Shown one piece after another: positions 1 through 10,231 of a stretch of DNA of 64,000 nt. The notes beneath the pieces were generated by a model. The model worked only from the letters and a program-made list of their open reading frames with translations. It was not told the origin of the DNA and searched no databases. Each line of letters begins with the position of its first letter. The first letter of the stretch is position 1. This stretch comes from Azolla caroliniana. Taxonomy: Eukaryota > Plantae > Polypodiophyta. The stretch spans positions 9,300,001 to 9,364,000 of the forward strand of contig JBHGNT010000009.1 in NCBI GenBank assembly GCA_043228905.1, written 5' to 3'. The position numbers and the translations under genes are program-made.

Positions 1-679
1 TCCTTGACAGCATGGTCTTAAAACTTTATTATGACATGCAAGATTCTAAATCTACAGCACAAGGCCACAACTCGAGAACCGAGGCATATACAAAGAGAGG
101 GGCACCACAAGCCAAGAGCTCACTTGCGCATAAAAACTCATAGCCCTCTCGCCTCCTACATAGAAACTCTCTCACTCCCTACACAAAGCCTTCTCGCTCT
201 CTCGCTCCTAGCCCTACAACTCTCCAACCCTTCCTTACTCTCCATCCACCGAGCTAAACATGCCACTCGAAGTTTCCATGCAGCTCTGCACTTGGCTGAG
301 CAGGCATGGCCTGGGCGGTTATAAGAAGGTTGTTGATGCACCTCCTCACCCCGAAGCTCAGGAAATCAATCAAAATTCATGAGATAGAGGAGGGGTATCA
401 ACGGGGTTCCGCAATTACAAAAAACCAACTCCTAATTCTCCAAACGAGCACACGGAACTCCAAGAACACTTTAGTAGGCATCATCAAATGTTGCGGGAAT
501 TGGAGGAAGAAAAATATATATTGTTGGAGTCCCTCCACGAGCTACAGACATCCGTGCAACAAGACCGGGAATGGGATCAGGAACGGTACTGGCAAGAGCT
601 GGAAGAGGAAAAGAATCGGATCCTCCGAAAGTACAAAAAACACGCAGAATTAATGGAGGCGAAGGTTGCCAGACTAAAC

Positions 680-765
680 TGTTGGGGACAAAGGTCGTCT
701 ATGCGGAAGATCAAGAAGCATTCGATTAGGTTTGAATACCTGCGTATGACAGTTTCTGAGATAGT

Positions 766-804
<39 letters not shown>

Positions 805-989
805 CAAAAGACTCTTTTTATTCCAATAGACAAGAATACAACACCCAACCTCACAAAAAGGTTACAAGGTCACTATATATAGTGACCGACTTAGGGCAAC
901 TACCCTTTATGCTAATTACACAAATGGCCCAAACTTGAGCTATACAAAGGGATAGTGTGAATACGTCCATTATACACTTGTATTCGACA
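680..989 (-). repeat. 3' LTR of C1 (310 bp)
   Basis: Matches 5912-6223 except for one substitution (ggtac/ggcac) and one GA unit; PPT (ctccccc on +) abuts at 990-996. Confidence 0.97.
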
Positions 990-1183
990 CTCCCCCGTAA
1001 TGGGCGTATACATGGGTTATCTAAGATTACAGGTATAAACCTAGGTTCTCGGACATATCAGTTTTTGTTCGAGTCGGCAGGGTCCGAAGGCAGAAGACCA
1101 AACTGGTCGGGTCGGAAGAGTTGAAGCCGATCATTAAGGAACTGATGTCGGTTGTCGGAGACCATCCTGCGCTATGTCCGGCT

Positions 1184-2578
1184 CTAACCGGACTGGTTTG
1201 TCGTTACGCCCATCTGATGCCGAAGAGACCGAAAACGGTCTGCCGAAAGACACTTGGGCATTCCATCTGCGACATTGTCGGTTGTGGATATTTTCTCTAG
1301 ACCGATTTTCCCTGAAATGACGCAGTCCCGAACGAAGTGATATCGAACATCGATATGTTTGGAGGCGTTGTGGTGAACCGGATTTTTCGACAAGGCAACA
1401 ACACCTTGACTGTCGCTGTAGACAACTGGAGCCGAGTCATGGTCGACTTGTCGAAACGTGTGCGCCAACCGACCGAGCCACAAAGCTTCTTTTGCTGCGT
1501 CGGACGCAGCTACATATTCTGCTTCGGTCGTTGAGGTCGCTGTGCACTCCTGAAGTTTCGACTTCCACGAGATTGCTCCATTGCCGAATTTGAAGCAGTA
1601 TCCGGTTGTTGATTTCCGACTCTCTATACAGCCGGCGAAATCCGAGTCGGTGTAACCGACTACGCCTGAGGTTCGGTTCGGACCGAAAAGAATGCCGTGG
1701 TCTTTTGTGCCAGCCAGATATCTGAACACATGCTTGACTGCGTTCCAATGCGATCGGCCAGGATTGTGCATAAATCTGCTAACGACTCCTACGGCATGAG
1801 AGATATCAGGCCGTGTCGCGACCATCAGGTACATAAGGGAGCCGACTGCCGGTGCATATGGTACCGACTTCATATCTTCCCCCTCCGGACCGGATGTCGG
1901 GCAGTCTCGCTGAGAGAGCCGAAGATTCATGGGGAGCGGGGTTGAAGCAGATTTGGCTGATTGCATGTTGAAGCGTTCCAAGACACGTCCGATATAGTCG
2001 GTCTGAGACAAAAAAAGATGTCGTTTATCGCGATGCCGACTAATCTTCATGCCAAGGATGTGTCGTGCCGGACCGAGGTCCTTCATGGCAAACTTCAGCC
2101 GCAGTTGCCGAATGAGATCGGCAAGTTCGCCCGCGTGGCGTCCAGAAATTAGCATGTCGTCCACGTAGATGATGAGGAAGATGGGTGATCCATCTTGAGC
2201 TGTGTTGGTAAAAAGACAATGGTCCTCATCGCTTTTTGAGAAGCCGATCGATTGGATGAAGTCGTCGAACTTCTTGTACCATTGTCGCGGTGCCTGTTTG
2301 AGGCCGTATAGACTCTTCCTGAGTCGGCAGACTAGATGTTCTTGGCCAGTTGCCACGAAGCCTTTTGGCTGCTCCATATAAATTTCCTCCTCGAGATCAC
2401 CATGGAGGAAGGCTGTTTTGACATCTAGCTGAATCAGCTCCAAGTTGTCGGCTGCCACTACGCCGAGCAGAAAACGAAGGGTTGTCATTTTCACCACTGG
2501 TGAAAAAATCTCGTCGAAGTCGACGCCATATTCTTGTCGGAAGCCCTTCGCAACTAATCTGGCCTTGTACTTTGGGGT
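1184..2578 (-). CDS. C1 reverse transcriptase-RNase H (distal pol, out of frame with the upstream ORF)
   Basis: [49 protein letters not shown] and KHID motifs. Confidence 0.93.
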   Translation of the reverse strand, partial: TPKYKARLVAKGFRQEYGVDFDEIFSPVVKMTTLRFLLGVVAADNLELIQLDVKTAFLHGDLEEEIYMEQPKGFVATGQEHLVCRLRKSLYGLKQAPRQWYKKFDDFIQSIGFSKSDEDHCLFTNTAQDGSPIFLIIYVDDMLISGRHAGELADLIRQLRLKFAMKDLGPARHILGMKISRHRDKRHLFLSQTDYIGRVLERFNMQSAKSASTPLPMNLRLSQRDCPTSGPEGEDMKSVPYAPAVGSLMYLMVATRPDISHAVGVVSRFMHNPGRSHWNAVKHVFRYLAGTKDHGILFGPNRTSGVVGYTDSDFAGCIESRKSTTGYCFKFGNGAISWKSKLQECTATSTTEAEYVAASDAAKEALWLGRLAHTFRQVDHDSAPVVYSDSQGVVALSKNPVHHNASKHIDVRYHFVRDCVISGKIGLEKISTTDNVADGMPKCLSADRFRSLRHQMGVTTNQSG

Positions 2579-5214
2579 GTCGAATCAAACGTCTCTTTTA
2601 GTCGATAAACCCACTTGCAAGGAAGAGCACGTCGGTTCCTAGGTAATTCGACCAGATCCCAAGTCTTGTTTGCCCGAATGGAGTGCATTTCCGACTCCAT
2701 CGCCAGATGCCAGGTGGCGGAATCGACAGATGTCGATGCTTCTTCGTAAGACGTCGGTTCGTTGGCATCGGTGAAGAAGATTCCAGGAGAATACCTCTCC
2801 GGAGGTTGCGACAGTCTCTCGGATCGTCGAGGTATGATTGGATTGGTCGCATCGGGTATCAAGGTCGGATGGTCCGAAAGCGAGTCATTCGGCTGTGCCG
2901 AGTCGGAGTTGTCCGAGTCGGTAGTGTAAGGTTCAGCTACCCGTGAAGCTGACCGTGTGTTAAGAGCGGGGCCTTCTTGAAGGGTCGGCACATCGGAAAA
3001 TGTTACCCTTCGGACTTCGATCGGTTTTTCGACTGATGGATTCATAGCCGACTCGTTGAACACAACGTCCGAACTTCGAACGATTTGTCTGCGTTCGGGG
3101 TCCCAGAGTCGGTATCCCATTTCGCCATCTGATCCATATCCAAGGAAAATGCATTTCCTGGACCGAGGTGCAAGTTTTCGGCGATCATCTTTCGGAATGA
3201 GGGCGTACGCCTCGCATCCGAAGATCCTCAGCTTGTCGTAATTCGGCTTACTGCCGATCCATAGTTCCTGAGGAATTTGAAGTCCTAAAGGTCTACTTGG
3301 CGACATATTGATTATGTGTACTGCCGTGAGTAGAGCCTCTGCCCAGAAGCCATCCAACAGTCCGGAGTGTTGGAGCATGGAAACTATCCGTTCTTGGATT
3401 GTCCGATTCATGCGTTCGGCAATCCCGTTTTGCTCCGGACTGTGTGGTGCCGTAAATTCACGTCGGATGCCGCGTTGTCGGCAGAATTTGACGAATTCTT
3501 CGGATTTGAACTCTCCCCCGTTGTCGGTCCGAAAGCATTTCAGTTTTCGGTCGGTTTGATTTTCTACCATAGCGAGCCAATCTGAGAAGATCGAGAAGAC
3601 CCGATCTTTGGTGCGAATCGGATAAGCCCACACCTTTCGAGTCGAATCGTCAATAAAAGTGACGAAGTAAGAGGCACCGCCGAGAGACTGATGCGGCATT
3701 GGGCCACAGACGTCCGAGTGGACTAAGTCGAGAGGTCTCGTGTCTCTTGGTGCTGATGTCGGGTGTGATGCGGCTGCTTGTTTGCCATACTGACAATGCT
3801 CGCAGAATTGATGGTCCGAGAAGGAGAGTTTGGGGATGTATCCGGCTCTAGATAGATGCGTAATGCCGGCCTTGCTGAGGTGTCCTAATCTTCTGTGCCA
3901 TAGTGATGACACAGGAATATCCACCAAAAACAGGTTACCCTCTCTGAGCGTAACATGTAACGGATACAGTGAGTGTATCTTGGGTCCTCTGGCAAGCAGG
4001 AGGTTCCCCTTGTGGAGTGTCCACCCTCCCGAAGAAAAACCGGCACGAATGCCGTCTTCATCTAGTTGTCCGACTGAGATCAATGGCCTTGAGAGCTCGG
4101 GTACATGTCGGACATTGTGAAGTACAAGTGTAGAGCCACCTGCAAGGTTGAGCTCTACTGTGCCGATTCCAATGATGTCACAGTGTTGTGAGTTGCCGAC
4201 TCGAACTGAGTCGGAGTGACGGATCGTATATTGCCGAAATTGGGATCGATGAGGAGTCACGTGAAATGACGCGCCCGAATCTAAGAGCCATGTGCTCGAT
4301 TCTTCAGTCGTGAGTAGAACTTCTGATCCGACTGGATTTTCGATTGATAGTATATTCGGGTCGTCTGGTAGCACATCAGCTGAGAAGCTGACGTAATTGA
4401 TCTCCTCATGCCGGCCACACTTCTTGTCTGATCTCTGAGACTTATCGTTCTTGTTCTTGAGTGCGCGGCAGTCGGCTTTGATGTGTCCGGGTTTCTTGCA
4501 ATAGTTGCAGATTCGGTTATCCCGTGACTGGCTCCGTCTTCGCTGATTGTTCGGCGGTCGTGAGGAATCTCTTCCTCGTATGTTCGATCGGTCTGTCGAA
4601 CCTTGTACTACGTAAGCGTCGTCTGTTGAGTCTTTGGCGAAAGACTTTCTCCGAGCTGCTTCGGTCAGGATTGCGCTCGTGACTTCGGAGTATTTGACAG
4701 CCGTGGTGGACGCGTTGCACACAGTTGTGACGAAAGTTTCCCATGATGAGGGAAGGCTACTCATGAGTATCATTGCTCTGAGTTCATCCTCGATTGCCGT
4801 CCCCTGAGATGAGATTTGGGAGCTTATGCTTTCGTACTCATTGAGATGTGCTTGAACCGAATCGGATTCTTTCATCCGCAAGTTGTAGAGGCGCCGGATC
4901 AGAAACATCTTCGTTGCAGCGACCTTCTTTTCGTAGGTGTCCGACAGTGTTTTCCACAGTTCGAATGCTGTCGTACACGATTGCACCGTAAAATATACCG
5001 ATTCCGATAGGTGCATCCGAATCGTGGCACGGACGATTCTGTCAAGCTTCTGCCACTCAATTGGTTTGTATCCTTCTGGAGGTTCTTCATTTTCGATGGG
5101 ATCGATTTGCCCCTTGACTATGAGATAGTCCTGCATTTGCTCCTTCCAGAAGTTAAAGTTCGATCCATCGAACTTTCGTAGACTCATTTCTGACGAGCCG
5201 GATGTTGATGCCAT
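2554..5214 (-). CDS. C1 Gag-protease-integrase polyprotein
   Basis: CNYCKKPGHIKADC knuckle; WLLDSGAS protease; WHRRLGH..CEHC; VHSDVCGP/TDNGGEF/NGIAERMNRT integrase core. Confidence 0.95.
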   Translation of the reverse strand: MASTSGSSEMSLRKFDGSNFNFWKEQMQDYLIVKGQIDPIENEEPPEGYKPIEWQKLDRIVRATIRMHLSESVYFTVQSCTTAFELWKTLSDTYEKKVAATKMFLIRRLYNLRMKESDSVQAHLNEYESISSQISSQGTAIEDELRAMILMSSLPSSWETFVTTVCNASTTAVKYSEVTSAILTEAARRKSFAKDSTDDAYVVQGSTDRSNIRGRDSSRPPNNQRRRSQSRDNRICNYCKKPGHIKADCRALKNKNDKSQRSDKKCGRHEEINYVSFSADVLPDDPNILSIENPVGSEVLLTTEESSTWLLDSGASFHVTPHRSQFRQYTIRHSDSVRVGNSQHCDIIGIGTVELNLAGGSTLVLHNVRHVPELSRPLISVGQLDEDGIRAGFSSGGWTLHKGNLLLARGPKIHSLYPLHVTLREGNLFLVDIPVSSLWHRRLGHLSKAGITHLSRAGYIPKLSFSDHQFCEHCQYGKQAAASHPTSAPRDTRPLDLVHSDVCGPMPHQSLGGASYFVTFIDDSTRKVWAYPIRTKDRVFSIFSDWLAMVENQTDRKLKCFRTDNGGEFKSEEFVKFCRQRGIRREFTAPHSPEQNGIAERMNRTIQERIVSMLQHSGLLDGFWAEALLTAVHIINMSPSRPLGLQIPQELWIGSKPNYDKLRIFGCEAYALIPKDDRRKLAPRSRKCIFLGYGSDGEMGYRLWDPERRQIVRSSDVVFNESAMNPSVEKPIEVRRVTFSDVPTLQEGPALNTRSASRVAEPYTTDSDNSDSAQPNDSLSDHPTLIPDATNPIIPRRSERLSQPPERYSPGIFFTDANEPTSYEEASTSVDSATWHLAMESEMHSIRANKTWDLVELPRNRRALPCKWVYRLKETFDSTPQSTRPD

Positions 5215-5897
5215 CAAATTTGGTTTCGGTTGGCGAAGCTCGGTTCGGAGTTGACTACGAACCTTGAAGGAGTGCAGCCGGTTGGCTCACCCGATATCGT
5301 TCTAGTCGGATTTGAACCCGAGTCGGTTCGGCTTCGGATATATGTATTTGTTGAACTTGCTCGAATTGACTCCGGTAGCTTGAGGGACAGAACCGACTGG
5401 TCTTCCCGAATGTTGCCGAGTCGGAGTGAGCCCGGTTCGCTTCGGATATATATGCCGAATACCGATTATTGAAACCGATTATCTGGACCGATTCTGCTTC
5501 GGTTGACTGCAGCAACGAGAGAGACGGATCCAACTGATCCTCCCGAATGTCGATCAGCCAGATGAAGCACGAATTTGGGTTGTTGTCTTGAGACCGATCT
5601 GCACCGAGTGGTTACAATGAGCGGCGAGCAGCGTTTGATGACCTCTTCGGATGCCGTTTAACCGAATGGAGCACGATCGTGTCAATGATGCACAAGGGGA
5701 TTTCACCTCGAGCGGTTACGATCACAAGGAACAGAGTACAACCTACTGGCTTACTCCAAGCGAAGATGATCTAACGCGATGAGATGCAAGCCTCGTTTTT
5801 CTTCTTCTTCTCTCTTCTTCGAATGGCGCAGGAAACCGAATGCTGTGCAGGCTGAGACGACGGCCGACAGCGGGATGAAGGACCGAATACTGTGCAG

Positions 5898-5909
5898 GCT
5901 CTGATACCA
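5898..5909 (-). other. PBS of C1 (tRNA-iMet)
   Basis: TGGTATCAGAGC on the minus strand, 2 nt from the 5' LTR. Confidence 0.95.
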
Positions 5910-5911
5910 GA

Positions 5912-5997
5912 TGTTGGGGACAAAGGTCGTCTATGCGGAAGATCAAGAAGCATTCGATTAGGTTTGAATACCTGCGTATGACAGTTTCTGAGATAGT

Positions 5998-6036
<39 letters not shown>

Positions 6037-6223
6037 CACAAAAGACTCTTTTTATTCCAATAGACAAGAATACAACACCCAACCTCACAAAAAGGTTACA
6101 AGGTCACTATATATAGTGACCGACTTAGGGCAACTACCCTTTATGCTAATTACACAAATGGCCCAAACTTGAGCTATACAAAGGGATAGTGTGAATACGT
6201 CCATTATACACTTGTATTCGACA
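5912..6223 (-). repeat. 5' LTR of C1 (312 bp)
   Basis: Direct repeat of 680-989, followed by TSD TAAAC. Confidence 0.97.
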
Positions 6224-6912
6224 TAAACACCTCGTACCAACTCCGGATAGCTCAGATTGAACTCAACGCCGAAACTGCCAAAGAGGCAATGAACACTCTC
6301 CGGGTCAAGTATGAAATGGACGAAGACTTGGTAAATGCATTAGTTACAAAGCACCGAAAAAGCTGAATCTAAAGGTCGAAGAGGCACTCGCTTGGGACTG
6401 GAAAGATTAGTCAGCTCAAGCAGCCGAATCACAAGTCTTCCGAGAAGCTGTCAAGAACCGAAAAAAGGAGGGCCGCATATTTTACAAAGTGGATGAGAAT
6501 AACATTCAGATTCTCCACAAAGACCTCATTGACGAATTCCAAGCCTTGGTGCGTACACACACCATGGCCATCAAAAACATCCTTGAGGAATTCAATGATA
6601 ATCAACTGTTGCTCGCCATTGAACAAGAAGGATATGAACGCGAGCGCCTCCAAGCCAAGTAGGAAGCCGAAGCCACAGCATAAGCATCAGCAGAAGTGTT
6701 GCCTGAAGGTGCAACACAAGAGCTGGATGTAGAAGATGCGAAGCGCCCAAACCAGGGGATTGAACCGGTGGCCGAATAGGACATAGAGCCAAAGCAGGAG
6801 GAGGTGGCTCCAGAGGCTATACCGAAGGTTGCAGACCAACGGCTAGAGTTATCTGTCAAGCTCCACCCAGACAAGCTGAAGAAGGACGACGCCCAAGAGG
6901 CCGTTGTCGCGT

Positions 6913-7305
6913 TGTTACGCGTGCGCGTGTAAAAGGGCGGGACCACGGGGGTCTCGGACAAGGGAAGGAGGGAAGCCGAGAAGAGGATTCCGGATGCGTT
7001 CCGGAAGCAACCGAATGAGAGAGAGAGAAAGAGAGGGTGGAAGAGAGGGAGCGCGCACTTGACATCGACTCACACCCACACACACACACGCCGACCCGAC
7101 TCACGCCCTCATGTACAAGGAACGCAAGGAAGGGAAAGCACCCGACCCCCCAACAGAGACACGAATATGCACAGATAGACGCAAATGTATATATATTACA
7201 AGGGAAAGAATACATCCCCGGCTTCGAGCCGGACCAAGGTAGGTTACAACAACGGTCTGCTGCCAAGCCGTCGATCGGGGAGCTCACGGGCTTGTCACGC
7301 CGAGC
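6913..7305 (-). mobile_element. Truncated LTR fragment related to the Trp-primed Gypsy group
   Basis: Starts TGTTACG after GCGT and carries the GGGACC-N5-GGTCTC-GGAC motif shared with the LTRs at 12593, 13993, 44436 and 47394; the right end is unresolved. Confidence 0.5.
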
Positions 7306-7576
7306 GGGGTCTTGCACAGGAGGCCAAGCCAAAGCTATCCTCCAGAACACAACCACGGCCCGAGCCATCTATGCACAAAAGAAGAGAACTAACCTAACAG
7401 CTTGCCGCCATAGCTACAACTCGACTCCTCAAGAAGGAGCAGGAAAGAAACGAAGAAAAGAAAGAATGTAGCTAACCCTAGAAAGAAACACAAAACGGTA
7501 TACCCTTCCGACTCAAAATTGGGCAACCCCTTCACAAAAGACGCTCCCTTCCTTTTATAGAACAAGGAGGGAGATG

Positions 7577-8475
7577 TGTTACAATGTGGGATAAATCCCG
7601 ACTTACATGGGATTCTCTGTCCCGACTTGACTACTCTTTGGCGCCATAAAGGCACCTTCGTTATTCACACTAAATGTACAAGGGTGGGCGCACATGCTGC
7701 ACCCCGTCAATGTAGCCAAGATTTCCCGGTTTCCGCCTCTGGCCGAAATTCTTCACGACACCGTTCCAGAGTTGGTGAACCAAGGGTTAGATCTTTCGGC
7801 CACGCCCAAACCGGACGAGCCAAGATAGGAGGAGGGCCTTCGGGTAATTTTGGAAGAAGAATACTTGTGTATCATAAAAAAAAGATCTTGATTCTTTCAT
7901 TACGGATGGCAATAATTTCAATTTTTCAATTTCTTTGGTTGCTTTTTGGGTTTGACATGCAAGCCACTGTCCCACAGGCGTGCCAGGTGTTATCCGTGGG
8001 ACAATAAGACAAAGGTGCTAAAAGGATCATAAAAGTAAAGTGTGAGGATGAGTAGGTCAAGATAAAAGAAGTCGAACACTTGCAGCCAAGGGGAAAAGTA
8101 ACCGAAATACAAGCAACCGGAGACATATGCCGAGGATCTGGAGAGAGTAGTTGGAACACATTGATGAAGGAAAGAGCTTTATAAGGCGTGAAGAGCACAA
8201 GAAGCAGAAGGAGGGAAGATATATCTAATTCGAGTAAGAGTGACTAAGCTTACAAATCTAGAACTGTATAGAGAAAGTGAGCGTTGCCGATTATACTCGG
8301 GTTATACTACCATTGTATTATCTCTTTAGTAACCAATTACGTATATTTTTTGGGTCCATTTCTATGCCTGTCTCATTTTGAATTCCATTTCTAATTGTGT
8401 TATCTGTTTTGTAAGTCGTGAGTACGAATCGATTGTAGCCAATTTTTAGAGTGTCCAAACCAGAAGGGTGTAACG
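7577..8475 (+). repeat. Probable 3' LTR of the host Gypsy-type element
   Basis: Purine tract AAGGAGGGAGA precedes TGTTACA...; the end ...GGTGTAAC forms an inverted terminus; TATA-like CTTTATAAGG near 8178. The partner LTR is not in the window. Confidence 0.55.
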
Positions 8476-9077
8476 TTTCGGCCCTACCTTAGTCTCTTAT
8501 GAAACCACGATTCCTTGTCCCAATTACTCAAGAGAAGTAATCGAAGGTGTTCCCAAGGAAAGGACTAATACTTTGATCTCATCAAACACACAGACTAGTG
8601 AGCCTCTAGTCGGGAGCACACGGGGGAGCACACGGGCTTCCTACGCAAGCAAAGGCCTCACACCACCTAACCAGCTTAGCAAAATAGGAAACCTAAAGCA
8701 CTCCTCCACAACCCGACAACACCGTCCCCTCTAAAAATGACAAATTTCTAAAACAGTTTCCCTCCCTCCCTTTTATAGCTCAAGGAGGGTTGGTTACCCT
8801 TGAAGTTATGACAACCGTTTCTATCAAAGATTCTCCCGTGATTTTCTGCCATCACATCCTATCATTCCTCCCTTTTTCCACGGGCCCATGAGTACCTATT
8901 AACTATGCTACCTTGTACGTATTAATAGTTTCTTTATTTACATTTGTTTTATACAAAGCCCATTTCAGGTGCAAATGTGCACAACCCTTCTTCACACGCA
9001 TCCGATGGACTATTCTTCCAGTGGCCGAAATCATCCACAATAGAGTGTTGGCTGTAGAGGATTCTTCTAACCCTTGC

Positions 9078-9554
9078 GCTTTAATACCATGTAAAAAGAT
9101 TACATGAGTGGAAGCGTTATGTGCGAACACAACCAGCTTGTCCGTACAATTGAGACAGAATAGACAGTTAGGTAAACACGGAGAACATGACAGAGAGATT
9201 GACTAACGAAGTAAGCTAGCAACAAAACTTCTATTACCAAAAAGACTTAGTGTTCTGTACACACAATGTGCTCACAGAGCACTTTTTATACAAGCCCTGA
9301 TGAGTGGGCTGACACAAGTACTATCATAACTTTAATGCTCATGAATGAGCATCTAACACTAACTCCCACAAATATTCCTCTTACTATCAATAAGAATATC
9401 GGCCCTAATGGCCTGTCAAATTTCATCCGACTCAACAACCGATTTGGCCTAGCAGCAGATTCAGCTTACAACTTATTCAGTCGATCGACCTATGTCTGAT
9501 CTAGCTTTTGGCTTCTTCAGCCAATCCATCCCATGTTGAGCTTGTCACTCAACA
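9078..9554 (-). mobile_element. Truncated Copia 5' end: degenerate iMet PBS plus LTR (9090-9554) related to the C3 LTRs
   Basis: gctttaatacca|TGTAAAAAG...GAGCTTGTCACTCAACA; shares gagcactttt(t)atacaag with the C3 LTRs. Confidence 0.65.
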
Positions 9555-9724
9555 TGGATGTTAGCTCTTATACATGCTTGCAAAAAGTTTAGAAGCTTTC
9601 TACTACCTCATCATTTTGTAATCATCACTAGCATGTCATTACTCCCATATGTACTCCAACATGTGAGCATTTTAGCAAGAATTGGTAAATGGGCTCTACT
9701 ATTAGCAGAGTTTGATTTGAAGTC
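9555..9724 (+). pseudogene. Ty3/Gypsy RNase H fragment
   Basis: LALIHACKKFRSFLL...RIGKWALLLAEFDL, cut by the C3 LTR at 9725. Confidence 0.75.
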
Positions 9725-10161
9725 TGTAAAAGAAATAATGCAGAAGCTAGACAAACCTCAATCGGCTCGGCTAGATAGCAACAGAAAACACAGAGAATGG
9801 AATACACACGGAATGTGGGAGAGAGAGAGAGACAGAGAGAGAAAAGACAAAAAATCAAATTCCAAAATATCACTCTATACATACAATGTACTCGGTGAGC
9901 ACTTTTATACAAGTCTTATAGGACTCACTGAAGTACCGACATGTACTTCAATGCTTGTACAAGCGACTACCACTGACTCCTAAAAATATGCTTACGTACT
10001 AGGCTAGGATCGTAGGCCTCTAACGGCCCACTGGTTACACTCCATTCGGACACTGATCCAGCTCTCCATTCCAGAAAATGATTCGGCTCTTCATTCCAGA
10101 TACCGATCAGGCTCTGGCTTACTCATCCGACCCGAATCAGGCTGAGCTTGCTCCTTCAACA
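9725..10161 (-). repeat. 3' LTR of C3
   Basis: TGTAAAAGAAATAATG...TCAACA; homologous to, but clearly diverged from, 48929-49353. Confidence 0.85.
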
Positions 10162-10231
10162 CTCCCCCTCAAGCTCAATTTGAGGTTGGATCTTGGTGTC
10201 AGTGTTTGTCGATCCTTCCCTCCGCCTCCTC

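Larger units (their letters stand above)
680..6223 (-). mobile_element. Ty1/Copia LTR retrotransposon C1 (Tnt1/Tork-like), full length and young
   Basis: TG..CA LTRs at 680-989 and 5912-6223; 5-bp TSD TAAAC (675-679, 6224-6228); tRNA-iMet PBS; PPT; gag-PR-IN-RT-RH domain order. Confidence 0.97.
306..7473 (+). pseudogene. Decayed coiled-coil/acidic extra ORF of a host LTR element, split by Copia C1 (680-6228) and an LTR fragment (6913-~7305)
   Basis: The frame ...ELMEAKVARLN (to 679) resumes after the TSD at 6229 as TSYQLRIAQIELNAETAKEAM... It has scattered stops and frameshifts and lies just upstream of a PPT-like tract and LTR at 7577. Confidence 0.5.

Noticed and set aside
488-829. ORFs with RERERE or SLSLSL runs (also 5743-6172 and 61229-61677)
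   Set aside because: These are translations of (GA)n microsatellites in LTRs or UTRs, and some are chimeras across insertion junctions.
6854-6912. TGTCAAG as the start of an LTR
   Set aside because: The host reading frame continues through it (LELSVKLHPDKLKKDDAQEAVVA); the real break is at 6913.
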